Of a stretch of DNA of 64,000 bases, positions 1 to 10,133 are shown piece by piece (position 1 is the first letter of the stretch; each line of letters starts with the position of its first letter). The stretch lies in assembly GCA_016218805.1 (NCBI GenBank), contig JACRCW010000109.1, forward strand, positions 1 to 64,000, read 5' to 3'. The DNA comes from Deltaproteobacteria bacterium. GTDB taxonomy: Bacteria > Myxococcota > JACRCW01. A model generated the notes under the pieces. That model worked only from the letters and a program-made list of their open reading frames with translations, did no database searches and was not told the origin of the DNA. The position numbers were made by a program, and so were the translations under genes.

Positions 1-362
1 GCGGGCGTCACCGGCGCTTCGGGGGCGGAGGGCACCGCGAGGGCGGCCTCCGCGTGGGCCTCCGCCGCCGCGGCGGGCGCGGGGGCGGCTGCCTCAACGT
101 GGGCCTCGGGGGCGGGGGGCGCCGCGGCGGCCTCTGCGGGGACGGCCTCCTCGGTCTTGTGGCGGCGGAGGACGGTCCGCACCACCTTCTTCTCTTCGAC
201 CTTCTTCTCGGGCGGCTTGGTGAGGGTGCGGCGCGCGTCCTCATCATCCACCGTGCTGGAGTGGCTCTTGACGGCGAACCCTGCGGCAACCAGGCGCTTG
301 AGGCACTCCTGGTTGTCCAGCCCCAGTTCCTTTGCCAGCTCGTACACGCGAATCTTACCCAT
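1..362 (-). CDS. infB: Translation initiation factor IF-2, N-terminal part (runs off the window)
   Basis: Manual translation from ATG at 362: MGKIRVYELAKELGLDNQECLKRLVAAGFAVKSHSSTVDDE, the typical IF2_N motif; canonical position after nusA/ylxR. Confidence 0.93.
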   Translation of the reverse strand, partial: MGKIRVYELAKELGLDNQECLKRLVAAGFAVKSHSSTVDDEDARRTLTKPPEKKVEEKKVVRTVLRRHKTEEAVPAEAAAAPPAPEAHVEAAAPAPAAAAEAHAEAALAVPSAPEAPVTP

Positions 363-440
363 GATCAGGTCGACCTCTTCCTCAGACATCCAGCGCCCTC
401 TCCCGTCCGCCGGCGGCGTACGGAATGGGGGCGCCACGCT

Positions 441-1157
441 TTAGGTCCCAGTGCTGCCACTTTCAACCGCGGCGGGGCTTTTCTCCCCGCCGCGTTTCCC
501 GCCGCCACCGCCGCCGGCCCCGCCGGCCTGCGGCGCACGCAGCGCTGCCGCCCCGCGCAGCGCCCACTCGACGTCAGCCGCCAGCGCCGGGTCTTCCACG
601 CACACCACGGCCACGTCCCCGCGGCCCAGCGCGGCGCCCAGCACCGCCATGGCGGGCCCGCCCACCACGGGGATCCCCACGTGGCCGGCGCGCGCCCGCA
701 GCTCGGTGGCGGTGCGTTGGGACGCGTCCGCGGCAATGACCACCAGGCTTGCCCGCCGTGCCGCCACCGTGCGTTCCACGTCATCAAAGCCAAAGTGCGT
801 GCGCCCGTTGCGCCGCCCTATGCCCAGCCGCTTGAGCGCGCTGTCCACCAGGCCCTCCGCCGCAAAGGTGCACAGCGCGTCCAGGTCCACGCGGACCGGC
901 TCCTTGAGCCCGCGGCCAATGCCGCCCTTCTCCACGGCCTTGCGCAGGCATCCCGCCGTGGCGCAGACGTGCACGCCGCGGCCCGGCAGGCGCCGGTAGA
1001 TGTCCACCACGGGCTCGTGCCGCGGCCCCGGCGCCACACGCAGGAGGCGGCGGGCGGACGCACGGTGACGGCACGCCACGCATTGCCGCGTGGGTCCGTC
1101 CTCCTCCCGTGCATGCCGCCCGCCTTCCGGCGCGGGCGCCTCATTGGCCGCCATCAT
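441..1157 (-). CDS. YlxR (DUF448) + L7Ae-like RNA-binding fusion protein
   Basis: PTRQCVACR...LPGRGVHVC (YlxR) followed by GFDDV...LVVIAADAS...LGAALGR (L7Ae/YlxQ); lies between nusA and infB. Confidence 0.85.
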   Translation of the reverse strand: MMAANEAPAPEGGRHAREEDGPTRQCVACRHRASARRLLRVAPGPRHEPVVDIYRRLPGRGVHVCATAGCLRKAVEKGGIGRGLKEPVRVDLDALCTFAAEGLVDSALKRLGIGRRNGRTHFGFDDVERTVAARRASLVVIAADASQRTATELRARAGHVGIPVVGGPAMAVLGAALGRGDVAVVCVEDPALAADVEWALRGAAALRAPQAGGAGGGGGGKRGGEKSPAAVESGSTGT

Positions 1158-1173
1158 GCGTAGGCTCCGCTCC

Positions 1174-2853
1174 TCACTCCGCCGCCACCGGCGCTGCCGG
1201 CGGTGCCGGCGGCGCGTGCGCCACCGTGTCGTAGTTCTTGGCCTCGTCCACGTCCGCCTTGTGCAGCGCCTCCTGCCAGATGGGCGCCTTCTTGCCGGTC
1301 GCCTTCTGCGCCCACTCGCACGCGGACAGGCACAGCTGCTTGGCCTTCCCCAGCGGAATGCCCGTGGCGGCGGAGACGTTCTGCGCGTCCCGCTCAAAGT
1401 ACAGGTCCTCCGGCGAATCAAACCCGACCTCAATCAGCCGCGCCTGCACCAGCCCGGTGACGCCCTCCAGTGTCAACAGCCGCGCGTGGTCCGCCTCGGA
1501 GGCGGAACCGCCCAGCTTCTCGCGCTCCCTGGCCGCCGCGTCGTACACCGCCATCATCACGGTGGCGTCCACGCGGGCCGCCATGCGCTCCTGGTTGCGC
1601 TCGTCCGCCTCAATCTCCACCACCTTGCCGGCGGCCGCTTTCACGCGCACCACCGCCTCGGCGCTGAAGCCGGGCAGGCTGGCCAGGAAGTCGTCCTCGG
1701 CCTCCATGACGTCCTGCGCGGAGCGGAAGCCGTGGTTGTACAGCGTCTGCACCACAAATTCCGAAAGACCCTCAATGCGGCTGAGGCTGCGGAACGCCAC
1801 CTCGCGCTGTTCCTGCACCTTGGTCTCGCTGGTGATGTCAATCTTCCAACCGGTCAGCTGTGCGGCCAGCCGCACGTTCTGCCCGCGCCGGCCAATGGCC
1901 AGGCTGAGCTGGTCATCCGGCACCACAATCTCCATGGCGTGGTTGGCCTCGTCAATGAGCACGCGGGAGACCTCCGCGGGGCTGAGCGCGTTGCACACAA
2001 ACCGCGCGGGGTCCTCGTCAAACGGCACAATGTCAATCTTCTCGCCCCGCAGTTCCTGCACCACGGACTGCACGCGCGCGCCCTTCATGCCCACGCACGC
2101 GCCCACCGGATCCACGTCGTAGTCCTTGCTGGACACGGCGATCTTGGCGCGCACGCCCGGCTCGCGGGCGGCGGTCTCAATGAGGACAATGCCCTCGGCG
2201 ATCTCCGGGACCTCCTGCTCAAACAGCTTGATGAGCAGGCCCGGATGCGTGCGGCTGAGGATGACCTGCGGGCCCTTGCTGACCTCCAGCACGTCCAGCA
2301 CGTACGCCTGGATGCGGTCACCCATGCGGTAGTTCTCGCGCGGAACCTGTTCGCGGATGGGGAGCACCGCCTCGGCGCGGCCCAGGTCCACCACAATGTT
2401 GCCGCGCTCAAACCGCCGCGCGATGCCAGTGACCAGTTCGCCCTTGCGGTCCTTGTACTCGTTGAAGACGTTGGAGCGCTCGGCCTCGCGCACGCGCTGG
2501 ATGATGACCTGCTTGGCCGTCTGCGCGGCGATGCGGCCAAAGTCCGCGCTCTCCACCTTGATGCCAATGTCGTCGCCCACGGACTCTTCCGTCAGCTCCG
2601 GGTCCAGGTTCTTGGCCTCCTCAAAGGCGATCTCCGCCGCGCGGTTCTCCACCTTGCGAACGATCTTCTTGAACTCGTAGACCTCGACCTCACCGGTCTC
2701 CTCGTTGAACCGGGCCTCCATGTCGGTGGTGAGCCCGAAGCGCTTGCGCGCCGCGGTGAGCATGGCGGCTTCCAAAGCCTCCACCAGCACCGTCTTGTCG
2801 ATGCCCTTGTCCTTGCCGACCTGGTCCAGAACGACGTTGAGGTTGGGTTCCAT
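1174..2853 (-). CDS. nusA: Transcription termination/antitermination factor NusA with long C-terminal extension
   Basis: [66 protein letters not shown]. Confidence 0.98.
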   Translation of the reverse strand: MEPNLNVVLDQVGKDKGIDKTVLVEALEAAMLTAARKRFGLTTDMEARFNEETGEVEVYEFKKIVRKVENRAAEIAFEEAKNLDPELTEESVGDDIGIKVESADFGRIAAQTAKQVIIQRVREAERSNVFNEYKDRKGELVTGIARRFERGNIVVDLGRAEAVLPIREQVPRENYRMGDRIQAYVLDVLEVSKGPQVILSRTHPGLLIKLFEQEVPEIAEGIVLIETAAREPGVRAKIAVSSKDYDVDPVGACVGMKGARVQSVVQELRGEKIDIVPFDEDPARFVCNALSPAEVSRVLIDEANHAMEIVVPDDQLSLAIGRRGQNVRLAAQLTGWKIDITSETKVQEQREVAFRSLSRIEGLSEFVVQTLYNHGFRSAQDVMEAEDDFLASLPGFSAEAVVRVKAAAGKVVEIEADERNQERMAARVDATVMMAVYDAAAREREKLGGSASEADHARLLTLEGVTGLVQARLIEVGFDSPEDLYFERDAQNVSAATGIPLGKAKQLCLSACEWAQKATGKKAPIWQEALHKADVDEAKNYDTVAHAPPAPPAAPVAAE

Positions 2854-3461
2854 CAGCTGCTCCGACGTGAAGCCGGCGCCGGGCGCCGGGCTTGTTTGTT
2901 GTTCGCCTGCGAAGGCTTGCGTTTGGGTGGCTGTTCAGGGGCGGGGTGCGGCTTGCCCGGCCGGACCACCTCCTCAAACACGTAGATGATGTGCGCGTGG
3001 TCAATGAGCCCCAGCGGGATGGTCCGCGCGGTGCCATCCACCTGGACAATGACCTCATCCGGGGAGACGCCGGACAGGATGCCGCGGTGCTTGCGGCTGC
3101 CGTCCACCTTCTCGGTGGTCACCACCATCACCAGCTCGCCCCGGGCGGCTTCAAAGTGGCTGAGCGCGGCCAGCGGCCGGTCCACGCCGGGGCTGGAGAC
3201 CTCCAGCTGGTAGGCGCGGGGCACGGGATCCTCGGCGTCCAGCAGGTCCCCCAGCGTCTCAGAAAGATCCTGCAGCGTGTTGATGCTGATGCCGCCGGGC
3301 TGGTCCGCGTAGACGCGCAGCAGGCTGGAGCGCGTGCCGCCGCCCTCGGAGTACTGCACGTCCACCAGCTCACACCCTCGCCGGCGCACAACCGGGTCCG
3401 CAAGCTCGCGCACGCGCAGGGCCACGGGATGGTGACGACCGATGAGTGGCTCAAGCGCCAT
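2853..3461 (-). CDS. rimP: Ribosome maturation factor RimP
   Basis: [25 protein letters not shown] motif; stop overlaps the nusA start; start at MALEPL is estimated. Confidence 0.93.
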   Translation of the reverse strand: MALEPLIGRHHPVALRVRELADPVVRRRGCELVDVQYSEGGGTRSSLLRVYADQPGGISINTLQDLSETLGDLLDAEDPVPRAYQLEVSSPGVDRPLAALSHFEAARGELVMVVTTEKVDGSRKHRGILSGVSPDEVIVQVDGTARTIPLGLIDHAHIIYVFEEVVRPGKPHPAPEQPPKRKPSQANNKQARRPAPASRRSS

Positions 3462-3723
3462 GACACAACACACCGCGTCCCGGGGAAAAGAAGCTACCGC
3501 CTCCCTCGCAACCACGCCGGGACGGCGCGCAGTCACGAGAGGCAAACAATCCCGGGTTGAGCGTGTGGGGCGGTCGTGCCCCCCGGTCCAACGGGTGACC
3601 CGGCTGCCAACCGGGTCGGGCACCCTGATGCGGCGCCCTGTTAGGGTGCGCGTATGCCCACATGGATGCTGAAAGTCAAGAGCGCGTTGCGCGCGGGCAG
3701 GGGCAGCGGGGAGGATGCGCGGC

Positions 3724-4320
3724 ATGAATCCATCGCGCGAATCAACCGGACGCAGCCGGGTGGTGGCCGCCCTGCTGCTGGCGGGGCTGGTGGTTGGGGC
3801 GGCGCAGTGCTCCACGTTCTCAGACGGACACCCGCCGCCGCAGCAGACCAGCATCAACGGGGCGGTGTACCACCGGGTGCTCAACCCCGCGTCGGCCGCA
3901 TTCTCGCTGGATGAGGGTCCGCCGCGCGGGCTGCTGGTGCGCATCTCCACGCGTGAGGACACCTGCGCGGCGGCCGCGGATCCGTCCGACGGGATGGATC
4001 CCAATCTGATCATTTCGCTGACACCGGACCAGACGGGGACCTTCCCCATCCTGCCGCCCAACGTGTCCACCGTGCCGGCGCGCTACGCCACCGCCACGCT
4101 GTTCACGTACACGGACATGCCGGACGGTGGCCCCCCGGACGGCGGGGATGCGGGACTGCGGCCGGTGGTGCGCAACGCCATCGGCGGCGAAGTGGAAGTG
4201 ACGGACTTTGACCCGGACCCCGACCAGGGGCGGCTCAATGCCCGCATTGTCCTGTTCTTCGCGGATGACGCTGGGTACGCGGGGCAGGTGGGCGCGTTCC
4301 CGTGCGAGCGGGTGCGCTGA
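3724..4320 (+). CDS. Hypothetical secreted protein or lipoprotein
   Basis: GGAGG RBS before ATG 3724; hydrophobic signal ending in AAQC; DGG-rich segment; coding-like codon usage. Confidence 0.65.
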   Translation: MNPSRESTGRSRVVAALLLAGLVVGAAQCSTFSDGHPPPQQTSINGAVYHRVLNPASAAFSLDEGPPRGLLVRISTREDTCAAAADPSDGMDPNLIISLTPDQTGTFPILPPNVSTVPARYATATLFTYTDMPDGGPPDGGDAGLRPVVRNAIGGEVEVTDFDPDPDQGRLNARIVLFFADDAGYAGQVGAFPCERVR

Positions 4321-4341
4321 GCGGACGACGGCTGAGCGCGG

Positions 4342-4545
4342 CGTTGATGACGGACGGCTTGGGGGTGAAGACGGGCCCGCGGGGTTGAAGACGGGTCGCC
4401 CGGGGGTGAAGACGCGCCCCACCGGGGGTGAAGACGCGCCCGGCCGGGGTGAAGACGCACTGCATCCGGGTGAAGACGCGGCTCCGCCGGGGTGAAGACG
4501 CGCCCGGCCGGGGTGAAGACGCACCGCGTCCGGGTGAAGGCGCGC
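4342..4545. repeat. Intergenic tandem array of 10 units (20-22 bp): GGGTGAAGACG core plus 9-11 nt variable segment
   Basis: TGAAGACG or a one-mismatch variant starts at 4345, 4366, 4386, 4407, 4429, 4450, 4471, 4493, 4514 and 4535. Confidence 0.92.
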
Positions 4546-4922
4546 GCCGCGGTGGACCGCGACCGTGCGCTTCCGCTTCCATCCGCACCCCCCGGGCAGG
4601 TTCCCGTGCGCCCTGGCACCCGCCGGGCGAGGACCCGGATTCAAATTTGGCAGCTGCGATTCCAAGTTCCCGCTTGCACCCGAATCCCACCTGTGTGTGA
4701 GGACAGATGGGTGTTGTCTTGTTGGCTACCGGCGGTCACGTGGTGTCCCCAGCGCCCAGACGGGCGCACGTCGAGCGGCCCGCCGCCTTGGGACCGCAGC
4801 ATGCGTCTGCCCTGCCTGCTGCCACACGGGGCGGCATGCACCCGTTGCCCAAAATCCCGGCAGTGCTAAAGAGCGCACCCCCCGGGCGAACCGGGGGCTT
4901 CATCGTGCCTACGGAGTATGTG

Positions 4923-6065
4923 ATGTCGTTCCAGCGTCTGAAGGTTGGCGGGTTGCGCATGGGGTTGGTGCTGGCCGGCGTGGTGGCGGCGGGCACGGGC
5001 GGCTGCGGGGGATGCAGTGGCATTGGCAACCGCGTGGTGACCGTGAACTTCACGGTGGACGGCGTGTCCGCGGCGGAGGGCTGTACGCGCCAGGGCGCTA
5101 CCAAGGTGAAGGCACGCGCGCGCTGGAGCACGGGAGAGAACAGCGTGAAGACGTCTGACGCCAGCGCCAACTGCGAAGACGGGTCCATTGAGGTGACGCT
5201 GGGCGGCAACGGCACCATCCAGTTGACCGCGTATGACACGGACGGCGCGGACGCCGTTGCCATGGGCGTGTCCGCCCCGGTGTCCGTGGACCTGGAGAGC
5301 GGCCTGAGCGAACAGGTCCTGGACGTGGACATCATCCCGCTGCGCGGGCGCATCACGGTGCACGGGACCTGCGGCGGCGGCAGTTGCACGGGCAAGGTGC
5401 AGATGGATGGCGCGGACGCGCCCACCATGGTGCTGCTGGTGGACACCAACGGGTTTGACCTTGAGCAGGTGGACACGCAGGTCATGCACCTGATGCCGGA
5501 TGACGGGCACCTGATGGCGGAGTCCATTCGCGGGCGGGTGGACGCGGTGAACGTGGTGCGCGTCAACGCCCGGGCCACGGACGGCACGGCGCTGCGGGGC
5601 GAGGCTCGCCTGGCGCTGACGGGCCTGCAGGCGGAATCCATGGTGGACCTGGTGCCGGTGGTGACGCCGTTTGATGCGGGTTTCCACCCCACGTCTTCCT
5701 CGGGCGGCGTGGCGGTGTCCAGCAGCGGTGCGGCCCAGAGTTCGTCTGCGGCGGCCACCTCCGGTGCACCCGCGTCGTCGGCGGCCGGGCAGTCCTCCTC
5801 CGCCGTGGAGCCTTCCTCGTCGGCGGCGGCCGCATCCTCCGCGGCCCCCGCGTCGTCGGCGGCAACCGCGTCGTCGGCAGCCCCCGCGTCTTCCGCCACG
5901 CCGGCCTCGTCGGCGGCGGCCGCGTCCTCCGCGGCACCGGCATCCTCGGCAGCCGCGGCGTCGTCCGCCGGTGGCGCGTCCTCGGCGGCGGCGGCCTCCT
6001 CCGCGGCGGGAGCCTCGTCGGCAGGCACCGCGTCTTCGCTGGCCGGCAACTCGTCTTCCCAGTGA
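4923..6065 (+). CDS. Putative lipoprotein with C-terminal Ser/Ala-rich (SSAAxA)n tail
   Basis: Signal-like N-terminus ending GGCGGC; beta-rich body; low-complexity 6-aa repeats at the C-terminus. Confidence 0.7.
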   Translation: MSFQRLKVGGLRMGLVLAGVVAAGTGGCGGCSGIGNRVVTVNFTVDGVSAAEGCTRQGATKVKARARWSTGENSVKTSDASANCEDGSIEVTLGGNGTIQLTAYDTDGADAVAMGVSAPVSVDLESGLSEQVLDVDIIPLRGRITVHGTCGGGSCTGKVQMDGADAPTMVLLVDTNGFDLEQVDTQVMHLMPDDGHLMAESIRGRVDAVNVVRVNARATDGTALRGEARLALTGLQAESMVDLVPVVTPFDAGFHPTSSSGGVAVSSSGAAQSSSAAATSGAPASSAAGQSSSAVEPSSSAAAASSAAPASSAATASSAAPASSATPASSAAAASSAAPASSAAAASSAGGASSAAAASSAAGASSAGTASSLAGNSSSQ

Positions 6066-6158
6066 CCGGACGGGCCTTGACGCCTCCGCTCAAGGGCCAT
6101 CAAACAATCAAGATCACGGGCGTGAACCGCGGCAGGCCGGCCTTGTTGCGGCGCGCCT

Positions 6159-7142
6159 TCAGTCCGGCAGCAGCGTCAGGATGTCCACGCCCTCGTCGGT
6201 GACCAGCACGGTGTGCTCAAACTGGGCGGTGCGGCGGCCGTCCGCGGTCACGGCGGTCCAGCCGTCATCCCACTCCGCGTGGCGCCAGGTGCCCAGCGTG
6301 ATCATGGGCTCCACGGTGAAGGTCATGCCGGGGCGCATCACGGTCTTGGCGTCCGGGTCATCAAAATGCGGCACCTGCAGGGCGCCGTGGAACCGCTCGC
6401 CAATGGCGTGACCGCAGAACGCGCGCACCGTGCCCATGCCGTGGCGGCGCGCGTGCTGTTCAATGGCGCGGCCAATGTCCCGGACGGGGCGGCCCGGCTT
6501 CACGGCGCGGATGCCCACCATCATGCATTCGTGGGTGACCCGCACCAGGCGGCGGGACTCTTCGTCCACTTCTCCCACCAGGAAGGTGGCGGAGCAGTCC
6601 CCGTGCACGCCGTCCAGGTACAGGGTCACGTCCAGGTTGATGATGTCCCCCTCCTCCAGCGCGCGGTCATCCGGGATGCCGTGGCAGATGACCTCATTGA
6701 CGGAGGTGCACAGGCTCTTGGGATAGCCGCGGTAGTTGAGGGGCGAAGGATAGGCGCGGCGGCGCACAATCTCGTCATGCGCAAGCCCATCCAGCGCGTC
6801 CGTGGTGACGCCGGGGCGCACGGCCCGTTCCAGCGTGCGCAGCACTTCCGCGGCGGCGCGGCCGGCGGCGCGCATGCGCTGCACCACGTGCGGCGGCTGC
6901 ACCACGCTCTCATCCGGATCAGCGTCAGACACGTCCCCGGTGCGCGCCCACTCCGGCAGGCGGATGCCCGGCGGGACCGCGCGCGGCGGGCTCACCCGTC
7001 CCGGCCGCACAAACCGCTGCCGGACAACGGGCGCGGCGGCACCCTGGTCCGCCTCCCGGTGGCAGCGCTTGTACTTGTGACCGCTGCCGCACCAGCAGGG
7101 TTCATTGGGGCCAGGCCGGCGGCCGGCGGCTGCCTCCTTCAT
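6159..7142 (-). CDS. map: Type I methionine aminopeptidase with N-terminal SEC-C motif
   Basis: YPKSLCTSVNEVICHGIPD, GDIINLDVT, GHAIG..FH, FTVEPM, AQFEHT; N-terminal PNEPCWCGSGHKYKRCH. Confidence 0.95.
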   Translation of the reverse strand: MKEAAAGRRPGPNEPCWCGSGHKYKRCHREADQGAAAPVVRQRFVRPGRVSPPRAVPPGIRLPEWARTGDVSDADPDESVVQPPHVVQRMRAAGRAAAEVLRTLERAVRPGVTTDALDGLAHDEIVRRRAYPSPLNYRGYPKSLCTSVNEVICHGIPDDRALEEGDIINLDVTLYLDGVHGDCSATFLVGEVDEESRRLVRVTHECMMVGIRAVKPGRPVRDIGRAIEQHARRHGMGTVRAFCGHAIGERFHGALQVPHFDDPDAKTVMRPGMTFTVEPMITLGTWRHAEWDDGWTAVTADGRRTAQFEHTVLVTDEGVDILTLLPD

Positions 7143-7292
7143 GGCAGGTGTCCCCGGGTCCCACGTTGCATGTCCAGGCGCTCTAGCCGTCCCCCAGCAC
7201 GGGGGCAACCGCGGTGGGCCGGCAGCGGGTTGGCTTGACTGGAGCCGCGGGGAGCCTCAAACAGGCTGACGGGAGCCGCCGGAAGACCACAC

Positions 7293-7829
7293 ATGCCCGT
7301 GGACGCCAAGATGCTCAACGAGATGGTGCCCCTGGCACGTGCCATGACGGGGGACTCGTTCTGCCAGCGTTTTACGCACCCGTTCATGGTGGGCAAGGAG
7401 GTCATTGAGGAGGAGTTCAACTTCCGCACGGTGGTGGCGCGCGAATCCACGCTGCAAGGGAAGGCGCCGGACGGTCCGCTGCGCATCCGGGACCAGGTGT
7501 TCCCCATCCTGAAGCCGGGCGAGGCGCTCAAGGACGGCACGCGCATCTTCCTGGGCCGCGTGGCCTCCAATGACCTGGTGGTGCCGCACCCCACCGTCAG
7601 CAAGCTGCACGCCTACTTTGTGCGGGAGAAGGACCGCTGGTGGCTGGTGGACGTGGGGAGCAGCAACGGGACCAAACTCAACGGCATGCGCGCGCCCGTG
7701 CGGGCCAAGGTGTCCATCAACGACGGTGATACGCTGCTGTTCGGGCGCTGCGCGTTCACGTTCATGAGCGCCCGGCGGCTGTTTGAGCGGCTCACGGCCA
7801 TGCCGGAGCCGAGCCCGGGAGCGTCCTGA
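7293..7829 (+). CDS. FHA domain protein
   Basis: LGRVASNDLVVPHPTVSKLHA...DVGSSNGTKLNG FHA motifs. Confidence 0.88.
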   Translation: MPVDAKMLNEMVPLARAMTGDSFCQRFTHPFMVGKEVIEEEFNFRTVVARESTLQGKAPDGPLRIRDQVFPILKPGEALKDGTRIFLGRVASNDLVVPHPTVSKLHAYFVREKDRWWLVDVGSSNGTKLNGMRAPVRAKVSINDGDTLLFGRCAFTFMSARRLFERLTAMPEPSPGAS

Positions 7830-8356
7830 TGGGTGGCCCGCACGTCCTGCGCCATCTGCTGCCCCGCCTGGTGCCGGCCCTGGACCCGGCGCTGGCCGCG
7901 GAGCTGGGCCTGGGCGTGCTGGTGGGGCGCCTGCCGCCCGAAGACGCCGACGGCTGGTCCTTCCGCACCGCCAGCGTGGACCGCGTGCTGCTCCCGCCGC
8001 AGGCGGACGGCAGCGGGCTGAGCGGGGACAGCCAGGTGTTTGGCCTGTGCAAGGCGGCCGGCGCGCGCACGCAGCTGGACGTGGTCACCGTGGGCCGCTC
8101 GCGCTCCAACGACGTGATGCTGAACCACGCGCTGGTGTCCAAGCTGCACGCGCGCTTCCGGCTGGGGGACACCTGCACGGTGGAGGACGCGGGCAGCTCC
8201 AACGGCATGCAGGTGGACGGCAACATCATCACGCCGGACGTGCCCACGCCGGTGTTTGACGGGAACATGGTCTCCTTTGGCGGCGTGGTGCTCACGTTCT
8301 TCCGGCGGGCCACGCTGTGCGCGCTGGTCATGCGGCTGGCGCCACGGCTGCACTGA
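7829..8356 (+). CDS. FHA domain protein (paralogue of the preceding gene)
   Basis: VGRSRSNDVMLNHALVSKLHA...DAGSSNG; TGATG stop/start overlap. Confidence 0.85.
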   Translation: MGGPHVLRHLLPRLVPALDPALAAELGLGVLVGRLPPEDADGWSFRTASVDRVLLPPQADGSGLSGDSQVFGLCKAAGARTQLDVVTVGRSRSNDVMLNHALVSKLHARFRLGDTCTVEDAGSSNGMQVDGNIITPDVPTPVFDGNMVSFGGVVLTFFRRATLCALVMRLAPRLH

Positions 8357-8364
8357 GCCGCCGC

Positions 8365-10089
8365 TCACATGTATTCGGGCGCGGGTACGCCCAGCACCGC
8401 CAGGCCGCTGCGCAGCGTGAGGCGCACGGCGTCCGTGAGCATCAGGCGCGCGTGGCGGAGCGGGTCATTCCCGTCCAGCAGGACGCGCTTGGTGGCGTCC
8501 TGGTTGCCCGCGGTGAAGTAGCGGCTGAATGCGGCGGCCACCTCCAGCAGCACGCGCGCCACGTGGCTGGGCTCGTTGTCCTCAATGCCCTGGCGCACCG
8601 CGCCGGGCAGCGCGGCCAGGGCGCGCAGGACGGCCTGCTCCTCGGGCAGGACCAGCAGCGCGGCGTCCGCCGACGCGGGCGCGCCGCCGCCCTTGCGCAG
8701 GATGCTGCACGCGCGCGCGTGAGTGTACTGCAGGTACGCGCCCGTGTGGCCCTCAAAGGAAAGCACCTGTTCCCAGTCAAACTCATAGTCTGACGTGCGC
8801 TTGTTCTTGAGGTCACCAAACACCACGGCGCCCAGGCCCACCTGCTCGGCCAGTTCTTCGGGGTTGTCCGTGTGGATGCGGCCGGCCTTGGCGTTCTCGC
8901 GCACCTTCTCCAGCGCGCGGGCGCGGGCTTCGTCCAGCACGTCAGTGAGCAGCACCACCTGGCCCGCGCGCGTGCTCATCCCGTGCACGCGTCCAAAGTT
9001 CACGTGCACCATGTTCTCCGCAAACGGCTTGCCCATGCGCTTGAGCACGGTGAAGAACTGCCGGAAATGCAGCGCCTGGTCCGTGGCCACCACGTACAGC
9101 GCCCGGTCAAAGTGGAAGCGCGCGTGGCGGTCCATCGCCGCGGCGAGATCGCGCGTGGCGTACAGCGTGCTCCCGTCGTTCTTCTTGAGCAGCACGGGCG
9201 GTTCGTTCTCCGCGTACGGCATGTCCACAATCAGCGCGCCGTCACTCTCCCTGACGCCCACCGTGCGGCGGATCTCCTCAATCACCGCGTCCATGCGGTC
9301 CTGGTAGAAGCTCTCACCCTCCATGTGTTCAAACCGGATGCCCAGCCGCGCGTAGACCTTGCCAAACTGCTCCACGCTGGTTTCACGGAACTCCCGCCAC
9401 AGCTTGAGCGCCTCCCCGTCCCCCTCCTCCATGCGCTTGAAGAAAGCGCGCGCCTTCTCGTCGTACGCGGGGTCCGCTTCGGCCTTCTTGTTGGCCTTGA
9501 CGTACACCTCCACCAGGTGCGCCATCTCGCCACGGCGGGCGGGGTCCCCAAAGTCCCCATACCCCACGGCCACCAGGCCGAATTGTTTGCCCCAGTCCCC
9601 CAGGTAGTTGATGCCCTCCACGCGCCAGCCGCCGGCCCGGTACAGGTTGGCCAGCGCGTGGCCAATCACCGTGGAGCGGATGTGGTGGAACGCAATGGGC
9701 TTGGCAATGTTGGGAGACGAATAGTCAATGACCACCGTCCTGCCCTGCCCCTCCGCGTTGTGCCCCCACGCCGTGCCCGCCGCCCGCACAGCGTCCACCA
9801 CACGCGCGCTGAACGGCATCACTGCAAAGCGCGCGTTGACGTACGGGCCTGCCGGGATGACGTCCAACCCCGGGACCTGCACCTTGGCCGCCAGGTCCGC
9901 GGCAATGGCCGGCGGCGCCTTGCGCAGCTTCTTGGCCAGGCTGAACGCGGGGAACTGCAGGTCCCCGTGCGCCGGGTCCGCGGTCTTCACCTCGCGCGCA
10001 ATGTCCTCACGCGGCACATCCGCGGCGGCGGCCAGCGCGGCAATGAACTGGTTGCGGTAGTCCTGGAACACGTCAGCGTGTGGCGTCAT
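8365..10089 (-). CDS. argS: Arginine--tRNA ligase
   Basis: IDYSSPNIAKP, NYLGDWGKQFG, DGSTLYATRDLAAA, GMSTRAG, YLQYTHARACSI; alternative start at 10110. Confidence 0.97.
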   Translation of the reverse strand: MTPHADVFQDYRNQFIAALAAAADVPREDIAREVKTADPAHGDLQFPAFSLAKKLRKAPPAIAADLAAKVQVPGLDVIPAGPYVNARFAVMPFSARVVDAVRAAGTAWGHNAEGQGRTVVIDYSSPNIAKPIAFHHIRSTVIGHALANLYRAGGWRVEGINYLGDWGKQFGLVAVGYGDFGDPARRGEMAHLVEVYVKANKKAEADPAYDEKARAFFKRMEEGDGEALKLWREFRETSVEQFGKVYARLGIRFEHMEGESFYQDRMDAVIEEIRRTVGVRESDGALIVDMPYAENEPPVLLKKNDGSTLYATRDLAAAMDRHARFHFDRALYVVATDQALHFRQFFTVLKRMGKPFAENMVHVNFGRVHGMSTRAGQVVLLTDVLDEARARALEKVRENAKAGRIHTDNPEELAEQVGLGAVVFGDLKNKRTSDYEFDWEQVLSFEGHTGAYLQYTHARACSILRKGGGAPASADAALLVLPEEQAVLRALAALPGAVRQGIEDNEPSHVARVLLEVAAAFSRYFTAGNQDATKRVLLDGNDPLRHARLMLTDAVRLTLRSGLAVLGVPAPEYM

Positions 10090-10133
10090 GGGCGCGGTGC
10101 TGTACGCCATGCGCGCGCGCCTGCAAAGCGCGG

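Noticed and set aside
4342..4545. CRISPR array
   Set aside because: Repeat (11 nt) and spacers (~10 nt) are far too short, spacers are partly duplicated, and no cas genes are present.
4630..4655. TTCAAAT resembling a tRNA T-loop
   Set aside because: Flanks do not form a T-stem or cloverleaf.
7060..7142. SEC-C motif fused to Map as a novelty
   Set aside because: This is an already known architecture of bacterial Map proteins.
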